From NCBI RefSeq assembly GCF_022846255.1, contig NZ_AP025682.1: DNA of 64,000 bases. One strand, written 5' to 3'. Positions within the stretch are counted from its first letter, which is position 1. The number at the start of each line of letters is the position of its first letter. Shown in pieces: positions 35,134-46,818 of the stretch. The notes under the pieces are model-generated. The model saw only the letters and a program-made list of their open reading frames with translations. It had not been told where the DNA came from and made no database searches. The position numbers were made by a program, and so were the translations under genes. The DNA comes from Escherichia coli. Lineage in GTDB: Bacteria > Pseudomonadota > Gammaproteobacteria > Enterobacterales > Enterobacteriaceae.

Positions 35134-35178
35134 AAGACGAAGGCCCCGACCGATATTTCTATCAACCGAGGCCAACGA

Positions 35179-35189
<11 letters not shown>
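35134..35189 (-). ncRNA. sokB: SokB antisense RNA of the hokB/mokB type I toxin locus (position approximate)
   Basis: Placed antisense across the mokB start by analogy with hok/sok loci and remembered K-12 layout; ends not determined from sequence. Confidence 0.3.
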
Positions 35190-35386
<197 letters not shown>

Positions 35387-35457
35387 GGGCAAGCGCGGGG
35401 ATTTTCCCCGCGCATCTGACTAGCAGATTCATTTTCTCATGGCACCCCTTTTACACT

Positions 35458-35631
35458 TCAGTTAGTGCATGTTTTTTTCGATGCACTAATAGAACCATCA
35501 TTACAGACAAATTTGCCGCCTGCCGTACAGTGTGAGATCCCCCCTTTCGAACCAGAACAGGGTTTGCGCCCGGCATCGGCATAAAAGGAAACAAGCGTTC
35601 CCATAACCAGGATAAGCGCCAGTTTTTTCAT
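35458..35631 (-). CDS. ydcA: YdcA small secreted Cys-containing protein (57 aa)
   Basis: Hand translation from ATG 35631-35629 with GGAGG RBS: MKKLALILVMGTLVSFYADAGRKPCSGSKGGISHCTAGGKFVCNDGSISASKKTCTN; below ORF-track cut-off. Confidence 0.8.
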   Translation of the reverse strand: MKKLALILVMGTLVSFYADAGRKPCSGSKGGISHCTAGGKFVCNDGSISASKKTCTN

Positions 35632-35801
35632 ATAACCTCCATGATTTATCGAATCTTATGTTCGATTTGAACGTTATACGCTGGTTTATTTTGATACCGT
35701 TGATGAGATCAAAGATCGGGTGAATTGATTAAAGATAAGCCAGATGGACGTATAGACAAGGATTATGGTTTTATTTGTCATACAAATAAATATAATAGGC
35801 G

Positions 35802-35865
35802 CTTCCGATGTAGGCCCGTATTCTTCGCCTGTACCACGGGTCGGTTTTAGTACAGGCGTTTTCTT
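35802..35865 (+). ncRNA. rydC: RydC Hfq-dependent small RNA
   Basis: CTTCCGATGTAGGCCCGTATTCTTCGCCTGTACCACGGGTCGGTTTTAGTACAGGCGTTTTCTT matches the RydC pseudoknot sRNA; TATAAT -10 box at 35791-35796; lies between ydcA and cybB. Confidence 0.85.
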
Positions 35866-35875
35866 TAAATATCCT

Positions 35876-36406
35876 TCAGGAACGTTTACGCGGCATCATG
35901 CGTAGAAGTGTGTTGTCCTTCCAGAAATAGTGGTGTGCCAGTGCAGCCGCAGCGTGCAACCCGATGACAAAATATCCCAGATTCGCCAGCGTTTCATGCC
36001 ACGACTTTAAGCTATCAACCCGTTCGAAATTGGCCTCTGAAGCGTAAGGCATCGTCAAACCAAACGCAAACCACGGGTTGCCCCGGTTATACATCATCAC
36101 CAAACCAATCACTGGCAGCGCAATAAACAGGAGATAAATCACCAAATGGCCCAAATGCGCCAGTCCCGTCATCATCGGTTTTGGCTTAGGTATAATCGGC
36201 GGGGTTGGGCATTTCAGCCTTAACAAAAGACGAACCACCATCAGTACGAGAATTGAGATGCCACAGGAAACATGAATCATGTTGATGAGGGGCCGATCGC
36301 TACGTGGGAAGAAACCACGAAACTCCATTGCGCAATACGCTACGATAACCAGCAAAAAGACCAGCCAGTGAATGCTGATTTGTAACCTTGAGTATTTATT
36401 TCCCAT
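35876..36406 (-). CDS. cybB: cytochrome b561 (176 aa)
   Basis: ORF track 35876..36442; start placed at M(G/E)NKYSRLQISIHWLVFLL; conserved His ligands. Confidence 0.9.
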   Translation of the reverse strand: MGNKYSRLQISIHWLVFLLVIVAYCAMEFRGFFPRSDRPLINMIHVSCGISILVLMVVRLLLRLKCPTPPIIPKPKPMMTGLAHLGHLVIYLLFIALPVIGLVMMYNRGNPWFAFGLTMPYASEANFERVDSLKSWHETLANLGYFVIGLHAAAALAHHYFWKDNTLLRMMPRKRS

Positions 36407-36594
36407 AACATTTCCTGCTTTAACATAATTTGCCGTTAACATAACGGGCTTTTCTTAAAATTTCATTAAATATTGTTCACCTGTTTTCAGTACGTTACGT
36501 TTCGCTGCAAGAATGTAGATTGCCCATCCCGCCATCCTGGTCTAAGCCTGGAAAGGATCAATTTTCATCCGAACGTTCCTGACAGGAGAAGACC

Positions 36595-37596
36595 ATGAGT
36601 AAAGTTGGTATTAATGGTTTTGGTCGTATCGGTCGACTGGTGTTGCGTCGATTACTTGAAGTCAAAAGCAACATAGACGTTGTCGCTATTAATGATCTCA
36701 CTTCCCCAAAAATTCTCGCCTACCTGCTGAAACATGATTCAAACTACGGACCGTTCCCCTGGAGCGTTGATTATACGGAAGATTCACTTATCGTTGATGG
36801 GAAAAGTATCGCGGTTTACGCCGAAAAAGAGGCTAAAAATATTCCGTGGAAAGCGAAAGGCGCAGAAATCATTGTCGAATGTACAGGCTTTTATACCTCC
36901 GCCGAGAAATCGCAGGCGCATCTTGATGCTGGCGCGAAGAAGGTGTTGATTTCCGCCCCTGCCGGTGAAATGAAAACCATCGTTTATAACGTCAATGACG
37001 ACACTCTGGATGGCAACGACACCATTGTTTCCGTGGCGTCATGCACCACTAACTGCCTTGCGCCGATGGCCAAAGCCTTGCATGACAGTTTCGGGATAGA
37101 AGTCGGCACGATGACAACCATTCATGCCTATACCGGCACCCAGTCACTGGTGGATGGCCCACGTGGTAAAGATTTACGTGCTTCACGCGCAGCGGCAGAA
37201 AATATCATTCCCCACACTACGGGGGCGGCAAAAGCCATTGGTCTGGTGATCCCGGAACTGAGCGGCAAACTGAAAGGTCATGCGCAACGCGTGCCGGTGA
37301 AAACAGGTTCGGTCACTGAACTGGTGTCGATTCTCGGAAAAAAAGTGACTGCCGAAGAGGTGAACAACGCGCTTAAAAAGGCGACAAACAATAACGAGTC
37401 ATTTGGTTATACTGATGAAGAAATAGTCTCTTCCGATATCATTGGCAGCCATTTCGGTTCGGTGTTTGATGCCACGCAAACGGAAATTACCGCCGTGGGC
37501 GATTTACAACTGGTGAAAACGGTCGCCTGGTACGATAACGAATATGGCTTCGTCACACAGCTTATTCGCACCCTCGAAAAATTCGCTAAACTCTGA
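36595..37596 (+). CDS. gapC: glyceraldehyde-3-phosphate dehydrogenase C, intact (333 aa)
   Basis: ORF track; uninterrupted GAPDH with [12 protein letters not shown] motif and catalytic [10 protein letters not shown]. Confidence 0.92.
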   Translation: MSKVGINGFGRIGRLVLRRLLEVKSNIDVVAINDLTSPKILAYLLKHDSNYGPFPWSVDYTEDSLIVDGKSIAVYAEKEAKNIPWKAKGAEIIVECTGFYTSAEKSQAHLDAGAKKVLISAPAGEMKTIVYNVNDDTLDGNDTIVSVASCTTNCLAPMAKALHDSFGIEVGTMTTIHAYTGTQSLVDGPRGKDLRASRAAAENIIPHTTGAAKAIGLVIPELSGKLKGHAQRVPVKTGSVTELVSILGKKVTAEEVNNALKKATNNNESFGYTDEEIVSSDIIGSHFGSVFDATQTEITAVGDLQLVKTVAWYDNEYGFVTQLIRTLEKFAKL

Positions 37597-37637
37597 CGCG
37601 CACAGGCGGAGGAAAAAACCTCCGCCTCTTTCACTCA

Positions 37638-39077
37638 TTACGACTGTAAATAAACCACCTGGGTCTGCAGATATTCATGCAAGCCATGTTTACCATCTGC
37701 GCCGCCAATACCGGATTTACGCCATCCAGCGTGGAAGCCTTGCATAGCTTCGAAGTTTTCACGGTTGATGTAAGTTTCACCAAACTTCAGCCCTTTAATG
37801 GCTTTCATCGCGACGTTCAGATTTTGGGTATAGATTGATGAGGTCAGGCCGTAATCACTGTCATTAGCCATTGAGATAGCCTCTTCCAGCGTGTCAAATG
37901 CGACCACCGGCAGAACCGGGCCAAAGGTTTCCTCATGCATAATCGACATTTCCTGGCGAACATCCAGCAGCAATGTCGGCGGATAATAATATCCTTTCCC
38001 CTCTACCGCTTTGCCACCCAACGCCACTCTCGCCCCTTCTTCTACTGCGCGCGCCACTTTTTGCTCAACCCTTTCCAGCGCCGCGGCGTTAATCAACGGT
38101 CCCATCGCAATGTCGTTGCGTTCAGCAGGGTTACCAAATTGAACCGCCTGCATCGCTTCACCCAGCCGATTGACGAACTGATCATAAATGCTTTTCTGTA
38201 CATAAACACGTTCTGCACAGTTACACACTTGCCCACTATTAATGACGCGTGAATCAACGATGGCTTTGACTGCCAGTTCAAGATCGGCATCGTCCATTAC
38301 GATAGCCGGTGCTTTACCCCCCAATTCCAGGCACACTTTGGTGATGTTTTTCGCCGCAGTCGCCATAATCTTTTCACCTGCAGAGACGCTGCCTGTCATA
38401 CTGACCATTGCGACCTTTGGGTTACCCGCCAGTTCTTGCCCAACGGTTTCACCACGCCCGAGTACAAGGTTAAACACGCCGCGCGGAAGGCCTATTTCAT
38501 CAACGATTTTGGCGAATGCAATCGCATTGTTTGGCGTAAATTCACTGGGTTTAATGACGATGGTATTACCGGTCAAAAGAGCGGGAGCCATTTTGCGGGC
38601 AATGAGGAAGAACGGAAAGTTCCACGGCAGAATGCCGGTAGTCACGCCAAGCGCACGTTTAAACAGAAGAATATTTTCTCCTGGACGATCGCTTTGAATA
38701 ATCTCGCCCTCGTAACGCCGTGCCCACTCCGCCATATAATCGATATAGTCCGCAGTAAAAGCCACTTCGACTTCAGCCAACTGCTGGATCTTGCCCCCTT
38801 CTTCGACAATCAGCGCACTGATTTCACTGGCACGTTCCCGGATCCCGGCGGAGATTTTGCGCAACCAACTGGCGCGTTCAATAGCAGGCAACGCTTCCCA
38901 TTCTGGTTGTGCACGTTCTGCTGCATCGATTGCCTTACGGGCATCCTCGGCCTGACCATCGGGAATGCGGGAAATGACAGCCTCTGTAGCAGGGTTTTCC
39001 ACATCAATCCATGCGTCTCCACGCCAGGTAACAAACTGTCCATCGATATACATAGGATGTTGAACGGGTACTGACAT
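37638..39077 (-). CDS. aldA: lactaldehyde dehydrogenase (479 aa)
   Basis: ORF track; aldehyde dehydrogenase family. Confidence 0.93.
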   Translation of the reverse strand: MSVPVQHPMYIDGQFVTWRGDAWIDVENPATEAVISRIPDGQAEDARKAIDAAERAQPEWEALPAIERASWLRKISAGIRERASEISALIVEEGGKIQQLAEVEVAFTADYIDYMAEWARRYEGEIIQSDRPGENILLFKRALGVTTGILPWNFPFFLIARKMAPALLTGNTIVIKPSEFTPNNAIAFAKIVDEIGLPRGVFNLVLGRGETVGQELAGNPKVAMVSMTGSVSAGEKIMATAAKNITKVCLELGGKAPAIVMDDADLELAVKAIVDSRVINSGQVCNCAERVYVQKSIYDQFVNRLGEAMQAVQFGNPAERNDIAMGPLINAAALERVEQKVARAVEEGARVALGGKAVEGKGYYYPPTLLLDVRQEMSIMHEETFGPVLPVVAFDTLEEAISMANDSDYGLTSSIYTQNLNVAMKAIKGLKFGETYINRENFEAMQGFHAGWRKSGIGGADGKHGLHEYLQTQVVYLQS

Positions 39078-39273
39078 GGGCGACTCCTGTGATTTACATG
39101 TTTGTTTTTGGTAAATTTATTGTTAATTAACATCAATTATCAGAGAGACGGCATCGTGAAAGGACAATTCTGTGAAGGGCTTCATAAAAACAAGTGTAAA
39201 AGGAATTAAAGGCAGAAATAAAAGTCAGAAGTCATGCCCGTTTGCAAACAATTGGTTCACGAACGGGCAATTT

Positions 39274-40074
39274 TTAACGTAACGAGCGACTTTCCATCGC
39301 CTCGATGAGCACCGCATCGTGTTTCAGCGTTTGCCATGCCTGGATGACTTCTGCCGGAAAATCAACGTGAACGATAAAATCTCGCCCGCGGGGGCCGTAG
39401 CCATCGCTATCATCGCGTAAACGCGGCAGCTCGCCAGTGAGTAGCGATAGATAACGCTCAACCGGCCATAATCCTTGCAACGGATTAACAAAGATTACAC
39501 TGTCTGCGTTATTTCCTAACTGAGGAACGAATCCGGGATAACTTAACCAGCGTGGTGCATCGGGATTATCCCCGGTTATACGGCGGAACGTCGCCATCGT
39601 GCGCCGCTGCATGGTGGGGTCCTGAACAACGATAGCCGTATGAACTCGTTCTACGGCCTGATTCAATAGCGCGATGCTAAAGCGTGCGTTTTCACCGCAG
39701 TTTGTTGACTGGTCTTCAATCCAGATTTTTTCATGCGGAATATGCCAGAACTGATGAGCGATATCCGCCAGGATGGTAGCTTCAGCTCTGCCAGTGGTGC
39801 GGATAGTGTTGTAGTGTGGATGCTGTGCGATGGCGCTATACAAAAAAGTTGTCGAGTGACCGATACCACCACTAATCAGTAAAGGAATTTGCTGATCGCG
39901 GGCAATCTTACATGCCGCATCGATAGTCGGCATAACCGCATTGCCTGCAAGGATCACGCAATCGGCCTGATACGGCACCTCACCGGAGAAATCATCCTGC
40001 GCCAGCCACTGTCCGATAACATTTATGGCATCTATGGTTGCCGGCGAAAGCGTCGGAAACGGGGTAATATTCAT
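39274..40074 (-). CDS. ydcF: YdcF (DUF218), 266 aa
   Basis: ORF track; matches YdcF. Confidence 0.9.
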   Translation of the reverse strand: MNITPFPTLSPATIDAINVIGQWLAQDDFSGEVPYQADCVILAGNAVMPTIDAACKIARDQQIPLLISGGIGHSTTFLYSAIAQHPHYNTIRTTGRAEATILADIAHQFWHIPHEKIWIEDQSTNCGENARFSIALLNQAVERVHTAIVVQDPTMQRRTMATFRRITGDNPDAPRWLSYPGFVPQLGNNADSVIFVNPLQGLWPVERYLSLLTGELPRLRDDSDGYGPRGRDFIVHVDFPAEVIQAWQTLKHDAVLIEAMESRSLR

Positions 40075-40289
40075 GGTTCCTCCTTATCGTTCCCTTAAGA
40101 ATACTGCGTGAGATAATAGTGAGAAGCGGAGCACTCTGAAAGGAGGAAGTCGTATTTCCTTAACTGCCACTCCGCAAGCCTGACATATTTTTTAAGGAAA
40201 TGCTGTAGATAAACATTATTCATCTTGCAGCAGAGAATTGTATTTTTCTGAACTCCTGAATTTTTTCCCTTATCGTTTTTAGAATTAAT

Positions 40290-40320
40290 AAAAAACCCGG
40301 CGCTAAATGCTTACCGGGTT
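40290..40320 (-). terminator. rho-independent terminator downstream of hrpA
   Basis: On the minus strand a CCCGGTAAGCATTTAGCGCCGGG hairpin is followed by a T-run, immediately after the hrpA stop. Confidence 0.55.
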
Positions 40321-40346
40321 TTAGATTTATCAGGCAAATAGCAGTG

Positions 40347-43300
40347 TTAACCGCTAATCTGCTCCATCGCCTGCAAAATACGCTTATCCGAAATCGGATA
40401 AGGCGTGCCAAGTTGTTGAGCGAAGTAACTAACGCGCAGCTCTTCTATCATCCAGCGGACCTCTTTCACGTCTTCATCCTCACGACGTGCAGGCGGTAGT
40501 TTGTTGATCCATTGCTGCCACGCCTGCTGGACGTTTTCGACTTTCAGCATCTGAGCACGGTCGCGATGTGGATCAATCGCCAGTTTTTCCAGTCGTTTTT
40601 CAATCGCCTGCAAATAACGCAGCGTGTCGCCCAGCCGTTTGAAGCCGTTACCAGTGACAAAACCGCGATACACCAGCCCGCCCATCTGCGCTTTAATGTC
40701 AGAAAGCCCCAGCGCCATGGTCATATCCACCCGCCCTTTCAGACGTTTGTTGATATTGAACACCGCAGTGAGGATTTGCTCGACCTGCTTCGCAATATCC
40801 ACCACTGTGTCGTTCAGTTCAGCGCGGACTTTTTCATGCAGCGCAGCAAAGCCTTCTTCCGTCCAGACCGGGCCACCATTGGCGTCGATCAGTTGATCCA
40901 CACCGCAGGAGATACAGTCGTCGATCAGCTCCAGCACTTTGCCATACGGGTTAAAGTACAGCCCCAGCTTGGCTTTGTTTGGCAACTTCTCATGCAAATA
41001 TTTGATTGGCGAGGGAATATTCAGCAGCAGTAAACGGCGAAGACCGTTCCACATTGCCTGCTTCTGTTCCAGCGGGTTATCAAACAGTTTGATCGCTACG
41101 CTGTCACGCTCATCCACCAGCGCCGGCCACGCCTTCACTTTGTAGTTGCCGCGCTTCTGCTCGTAGCTTTCCGGCAGTTGACCAAAACTCCAGATATGTA
41201 AACCGCTCTGCTCGATACCGTCATCCGCCACGGCAGACAGCGTTTCCTGCACTTTGCCTTTCAGGGCGTCTTTCAGATCCTGTAATGAGCGCCCTTCTTT
41301 TAGCTTCTTGTTTTTGTCATCCACCACGCGGAAAGTGATTTTCAGGTGATCGGGCACCTGATCCCAGTGCCAGTCTTCGCGGTCAACGGTGACGCCAGTC
41401 ATCCGCCGTAACTCTCGTTCAAGGCTGTCGAGCAACGGCAATTCCAGCGGTGTGACGCGGCCTAAAAACGCTTCGGCGTAGTTTGGCGCGGGCACAAAAT
41501 TACGGCGTACCGGCTTCGGCAGCGATTTAATCAGGGCGATGATCAGCTCACGACGCAGACCGGGGATCTGCCACTCAAACCCACTCTCCTCAACCTGGTT
41601 AAGTAACGGCAGCGGGATATGCACGGTCACACCGTCAGCATCCGCACCGGGCTCAAACTGATAGCTCAAACGCAGTTTGAGATTGCCCTGATGCCAGAAG
41701 TTCGGGTAATCCAGTTTGCTGATTTTTTCCGCCCCTTCTTTGATCAACATGCTCTTTTCAAAGTTGAGCAAATCAGGCGTTTCGCGGCTGACTTTTTTCC
41801 ACCAGCTGTCGAAGTGACGTGCGGAAATCACATCGTGGCTGATGCGCTGGTCGTAGAACTCAAACAGCGTTTCGTCATCCACCAGAATATCGCGGCGACG
41901 TGATTTGTGTTCCAGCTCTTCTACTTCCGCCCGTAGTTTCAGGTTTTCACGGAAGAATGCGTGACGCGTCTGCCAGTCACCTTCCACCAGCGCGTGGCGA
42001 ATAAAGAGTTCACGACATAACGCCGGATCGATCTGGCTGTAGTTGACCTTACGCGCAGCAACAATCGGCAACCCGTAAACAGTGACTTTTTCCGTTGCCA
42101 TCACCGCGCCCTGCGCCCGTTCCCAGTGCGGTTCGCTGTAGGTGCGTTTGATTAAATGCTGAGCGACAGGTTCCACCCATTCTGGATCGATGCGTGCCGC
42201 AATGCGCCCCCACAGGCGGCTGGTTTCTACCAGTTCCGCCACCATTACCCATTTCGGCGGCTTTTTGAATAAACCAGAACCGGGGAAGATGGAGAAACGC
42301 GCGTTACGTGCGCCGGTATATTCTTGTTTATCGGCATCTTTCATGCCGATATGCGAAAGCAAACCGGTCAGCAACGCAATGTGAATTTCGCGATAATCCG
42401 CCGGTTCGCTGTTAACCGGAATGCCAAGTTCTTTCACCACCTGGCGCAACTGGGTGTAGATATCCTGCCATTCGCGCACGCGCAGATAGTTGAGATAATC
42501 AGTACGACACAGGCGACGGAAGGCGTTTGAAGAAAGCGCCTTTTGCTGCTCGCCAAGATAATTCCACAGATTCACAAATGCCAGGAAGTCAGACTCTTTG
42601 TCGTGGAAGCGACGATGTTTTTCGTCAGATGCCTGCTGTTTATCCATCGGACGCTCACGCGGATCCTGAATGGAGAGCGCGGACGTGATAATCATCGCCT
42701 CACGCACGCAGCCATGTTTTTGCGCTTCCAGCACCATTCGCGCCAGACGAGGATCGACTGGCAGTTGCGAGAGCTGGCGACCGAGCGGCGTCAGTTTATA
42801 GGCGCTGGCCTGTTCATCAGTGGTGATCGCGCCCAGCTCTTCGAGCAGACGCACGCCATCCTGGATATTGCGTTTATCCGGTGCTTCGACAAACGGGAAT
42901 GCGGCGATATCGCCCAAGCCCAGTGCGGTCATCTGCAAAATAACCGAGGCCAGGTTAGTACGCAGAATTTCTGGGTCGGTAAACTCCGGGCGCGAGAGGA
43001 AATCGTCTTCGGAATAGAGACGAATACAGATCCCTTCTGACACACGACCGCAGCGGCCTTTACGCTGATTAGCTGAAGCCTGCGAAATTGGCTCAATCGG
43101 CAAACGCTGCACTTTGGTGCGATAGCTGTAGCGGCTGATACGCGCCGTACCTGGGTCGATAACGTATTTAATCCCCGGTACGGTCAGCGAGGTTTCCGCG
43201 ACGTTAGTCGCCAGCACAATGCGCCGTCCGCTGTGCGACTGGAAGACGCGGTTCTGCTCGCTGTTGGAAAGCCGTGCATAAAGCGGAAGAATTTCCGTAT

Positions 43301-44249
43301 GGCGTAAGTTCAGCTTGTTCAGCGCATCGGCGGTATCGCGAATTTCTCGCTCGCCGCTCATAAAAATCAGAATGTCGCCAGGGCTTTCCTGGCTCAGTTC
43401 ATCTACGGCATCGAAAATCGCCTGCAACTGGTCGCGCTCGGTGTCATCAGCTTCTTCAACAATCGGGCGATAGCGCACTTCCACCGGATAGGTCCGACCG
43501 GAGACTTCGATAATCGGCGCATTATTAAAGTGGCGCGAAAAGCGTTCCGGGTCGATAGTCGCGGAGGTGATAATAATTTTTAGGTCAGGACGCCGCGGCA
43601 GCAACTCTTTCAAATAGCCGAGGAGAAAATCGATATTCAGGCTGCGTTCGTGCGCTTCGTCAATAATGATGGTGTCGTACTGCATCAGCAGGCGGTCTTG
43701 CTGGATCTCTGCCAGCAGGATGCCGTCGGTCATCAGCTTGACCATCGTGTTATCACTGACGTGATCGCTGAAACGCACTTTGTAACCGATGCAACCGCCC
43801 GGCTCCGTTTTCAGCTCTTCCGCAATACGGTTCGCCACCGTTCTTGCCGCCAGGCGACGCGGCTGGGTATGGCCGATCAGCCCTTTAATCCCGCGCCCCA
43901 GCTCCATACAGATTTTCGGTAGCTGAGTCGTTTTACCGGAACCCGTTTCCCCGGCGACGATCACCACCTGGTGGTCACGAATCGCTTCGAGAATGTCCTG
44001 CTTTTTCTGACTAACCGGCAAATTGTCCGGGTAAGTAATCTCCGGTCGTGCCGCTTCACGCAGCAGGACTTTCCCTGCCGCATGGTCAATCTCTTTCGCC
44101 ATCTCCTGGAAAATGGCTTGTTGTGCATCAGGATTTTTAACCTTCTTCACACCGTGCAGACGGCGTAAAAAACGCTGTCTGTCGCGCAGCATCAGCGAAT
44201 CCAGCCGCTGCTGCAAGTCAGCAAAGGTCAATTTTTGTTGTTCTGTCAT
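40347..44249 (-). CDS. hrpA: ATP-dependent RNA helicase HrpA (DEAH-box), 1300 aa
   Basis: ORF track; Walker A GETGSGKTTQ, DEAH box. Confidence 0.95.
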   Translation of the reverse strand: MTEQQKLTFADLQQRLDSLMLRDRQRFLRRLHGVKKVKNPDAQQAIFQEMAKEIDHAAGKVLLREAARPEITYPDNLPVSQKKQDILEAIRDHQVVIVAGETGSGKTTQLPKICMELGRGIKGLIGHTQPRRLAARTVANRIAEELKTEPGGCIGYKVRFSDHVSDNTMVKLMTDGILLAEIQQDRLLMQYDTIIIDEAHERSLNIDFLLGYLKELLPRRPDLKIIITSATIDPERFSRHFNNAPIIEVSGRTYPVEVRYRPIVEEADDTERDQLQAIFDAVDELSQESPGDILIFMSGEREIRDTADALNKLNLRHTEILPLYARLSNSEQNRVFQSHSGRRIVLATNVAETSLTVPGIKYVIDPGTARISRYSYRTKVQRLPIEPISQASANQRKGRCGRVSEGICIRLYSEDDFLSRPEFTDPEILRTNLASVILQMTALGLGDIAAFPFVEAPDKRNIQDGVRLLEELGAITTDEQASAYKLTPLGRQLSQLPVDPRLARMVLEAQKHGCVREAMIITSALSIQDPRERPMDKQQASDEKHRRFHDKESDFLAFVNLWNYLGEQQKALSSNAFRRLCRTDYLNYLRVREWQDIYTQLRQVVKELGIPVNSEPADYREIHIALLTGLLSHIGMKDADKQEYTGARNARFSIFPGSGLFKKPPKWVMVAELVETSRLWGRIAARIDPEWVEPVAQHLIKRTYSEPHWERAQGAVMATEKVTVYGLPIVAARKVNYSQIDPALCRELFIRHALVEGDWQTRHAFFRENLKLRAEVEELEHKSRRRDILVDDETLFEFYDQRISHDVISARHFDSWWKKVSRETPDLLNFEKSMLIKEGAEKISKLDYPNFWHQGNLKLRLSYQFEPGADADGVTVHIPLPLLNQVEESGFEWQIPGLRRELIIALIKSLPKPVRRNFVPAPNYAEAFLGRVTPLELPLLDSLERELRRMTGVTVDREDWHWDQVPDHLKITFRVVDDKNKKLKEGRSLQDLKDALKGKVQETLSAVADDGIEQSGLHIWSFGQLPESYEQKRGNYKVKAWPALVDERDSVAIKLFDNPLEQKQAMWNGLRRLLLLNIPSPIKYLHEKLPNKAKLGLYFNPYGKVLELIDDCISCGVDQLIDANGGPVWTEEGFAALHEKVRAELNDTVVDIAKQVEQILTAVFNINKRLKGRVDMTMALGLSDIKAQMGGLVYRGFVTGNGFKRLGDTLRYLQAIEKRLEKLAIDPHRDRAQMLKVENVQQAWQQWINKLPPARREDEDVKEVRWMIEELRVSYFAQQLGTPYPISDKRILQAMEQISG

Positions 44250-44440
44250 AACGTTAGTGGGCAGTAGGCTGCCTGATTAATTTTCTTTTAAATGATAGAT
44301 ATAGAGTACCACATCGCGGCTTTCTATGCGTTGTTCAATAAATTCGAACATAGGCTTCGATTTATTGCGCTATCTCTGTGGCAGGATTGTGAATAAAGTG
44401 TCAACAAGCAACGGGGCATTGCCCATTCAAATATCTATAA

Positions 44441-45055
<615 letters not shown>

Positions 45056-45066
45056 GATTTATGATG

Positions 45067-45093
45067 CCTCCCACGAAAGTGGGAGGTTTTTTT
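45067..45093 (+). terminator. rho-independent terminator of azoR
   Basis: CCTCCCAC-GAAA-GTGGGAGG hairpin followed by TTTTTTT, 12 nt after the azoR stop. Confidence 0.65.
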
Positions 45094-45095
45094 AT

Positions 45096-45962
45096 TTAAC
45101 CCGCCTTTTGCGCAATACTGTCCAGCGTTGCCAGCACGTCATCCGTTAGCACTAATTCATCGGACGCCATATTCTCCCGCAGATGCCCCACCGAAGAGGT
45201 GCCAGGAATCAACAAAATATTCGGTGAACGTTGTAACAGCCACGCCAGCGCCACCTGCATTGGTGTTGCACCCAGGCTCGTAGCAACATCGGAAAGCGTG
45301 GAGGATTGCAGCGGCGTAAAGCCCCCGAGCGGGAAGAACGGCACGTAGGCAATGCCATCACGAGCCAAAGCATCAATCATTGCGTCATCAGCACGGTGGG
45401 CAATGTTGTATTCGTTCTGCACGCAGACGATTTCGGCAATCTTTCGCGCCTCTGCAACCTGCGTCGGTGTGACGTTACTCAGGCCAATATGTTTTACCAG
45501 GCCTTGTTGTTGCATCTCCGCCAGCACTGTCAGGCTGGCCTCAATCGATCCTTCCGCTGGGCCATGACCATCCCCCATCATAACGCGCAGGTTAACCACA
45601 TCCAGTACGTCCAGGCCGAGATTACGTAGATTATCGTGTACCGCTTTTTGCAGCTCTGCCGGAGAAAATGCGGGTAACCAGGAAGCGTCCTCTCCACGCC
45701 GCGCACCAATTTTAGTGACAATTGTCAGGTCGTCAGAGTAAGGATAAAGCGCTTCGCGGATAATCTGATTGGTGACGTGCGGACCATAAAAGTCGCTGGT
45801 ATCAATATGATTGACGCCCAATGCCAGCGCCTCGCGCAGCACGGTTATAGCGACGTGGCGATCTCTTGGGGGGCCAAAAACCCCAGAACCAGCCAGTTGC
45901 ATCGCGCCATAACCAAGACGGTTAACGGATTTTGTACCGAGAGTAAATGTGTTGCTGCTCAT
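45096..45962 (-). CDS. ydbC: putative NAD(P)-dependent oxidoreductase YdbC (aldo-keto reductase family), 288 aa
   Basis: ORF track; AKR-family sequence. Confidence 0.85.
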   Translation of the reverse strand: MSSNTFTLGTKSVNRLGYGAMQLAGSGVFGPPRDRHVAITVLREALALGVNHIDTSDFYGPHVTNQIIREALYPYSDDLTIVTKIGARRGEDASWLPAFSPAELQKAVHDNLRNLGLDVLDVVNLRVMMGDGHGPAEGSIEASLTVLAEMQQQGLVKHIGLSNVTPTQVAEARKIAEIVCVQNEYNIAHRADDAMIDALARDGIAYVPFFPLGGFTPLQSSTLSDVATSLGATPMQVALAWLLQRSPNILLIPGTSSVGHLRENMASDELVLTDDVLATLDSIAQKAG

Positions 45963-46087
45963 CGCACCCTGCCCTGTAATAAAACGGATTAAGAAAAATC
46001 AGTATAGGAATGAATAGAGATAAATAATGCGAGGGTGTAAACAAGATTACTGGATGAGTAGCTCTAATATCCTGAAAGACACCAAAA

Positions 46088-46149
46088 CAAGACGCGTCAA
46101 GTACCGCATCCGGCAATAAAAAACCGCAACCTGTATCAGCGTTGCGGTT
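46088..46149. repeat. REP-like palindromic unit plus hairpin with T-run (likely paaY terminator on the minus strand)
   Basis: GACGCGTCAAGTACCGCATCCGGCA REP-like motif; AACCGCAAC...GTTGCGGTT hairpin followed on the minus strand by TTTTTTATT. Confidence 0.5.
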
Positions 46150-46162
46150 AAGGTATCACATG

Positions 46163-46783
46163 CTAAAAATTAGAACGTTCAGCATCTGGACGTGACTGTT
46201 TCGGTCGCAGATTCTCATCAAATACCAGACGCTGCCTGCCAGGTTCAACTTCCCGCAATGGCTCGACTTGATGCAACGTCTGCTTACAACGTGTCACCAG
46301 CACCTGATACTCATGCGTGCCCTGCTTTTTCCATGCCAGCTCCTGCTCACTAAGTTCACGAATCGCTTTTGCCGGGCTGCTGACAATCAGATAATTAGCA
46401 GGCATTTCTGCTTTGGCTTTCACAAATGCGGATGCGCCAACAATACTGTTCTCACCAATCACCGCACCGTCCATCACTACCGCGTTCATTCCCACTAACG
46501 CATTGCGGCGGATAATGCAGCCGTGAAGGATAGCGCTATGACCAATATGCCCATCTTCTTCAACGACAGTATCCTGCCCGGGAAAGCCGGGCATAACGCA
46601 ATTATCCTGAATGTTCGCGCCATCTTTCACCACGATACGACTAAAATCACCTCGCAGGCTGGCATTTGGTCCAACGTAAACGCCCTTGCCGAGAATAACA
46701 TCGCCGATCAATACCGCTGTCGGATGAACAAAACTCTCTTCTGTTACAATCGGAGTCAGACCGTCTATCTGATAAATTGGCAT
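46163..46783 (-). CDS. paaY: hexapeptide-repeat thioesterase / gamma-carbonic-anhydrase-like protein, PaaY-type (206 aa)
   Basis: ORF track; [11 protein letters not shown]... with left-handed beta-helix repeats; GGAGG RBS; the rest of the paa operon is absent from this window. Confidence 0.75.
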   Translation of the reverse strand: MPIYQIDGLTPIVTEESFVHPTAVLIGDVILGKGVYVGPNASLRGDFSRIVVKDGANIQDNCVMPGFPGQDTVVEEDGHIGHSAILHGCIIRRNALVGMNAVVMDGAVIGENSIVGASAFVKAKAEMPANYLIVSSPAKAIRELSEQELAWKKQGTHEYQVLVTRCKQTLHQVEPLREVEPGRQRLVFDENLRPKQSRPDAERSNF

Positions 46784-46818
46784 AACACCTCCTGTTCAAT
46801 ATTCAAACCGCCAAAACG

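Noticed and set aside
40512-43040. Several 60-170 aa ORFs antisense within hrpA
   Set aside because: All nested in a long, well-supported CDS on the opposite strand; a composition artefact.
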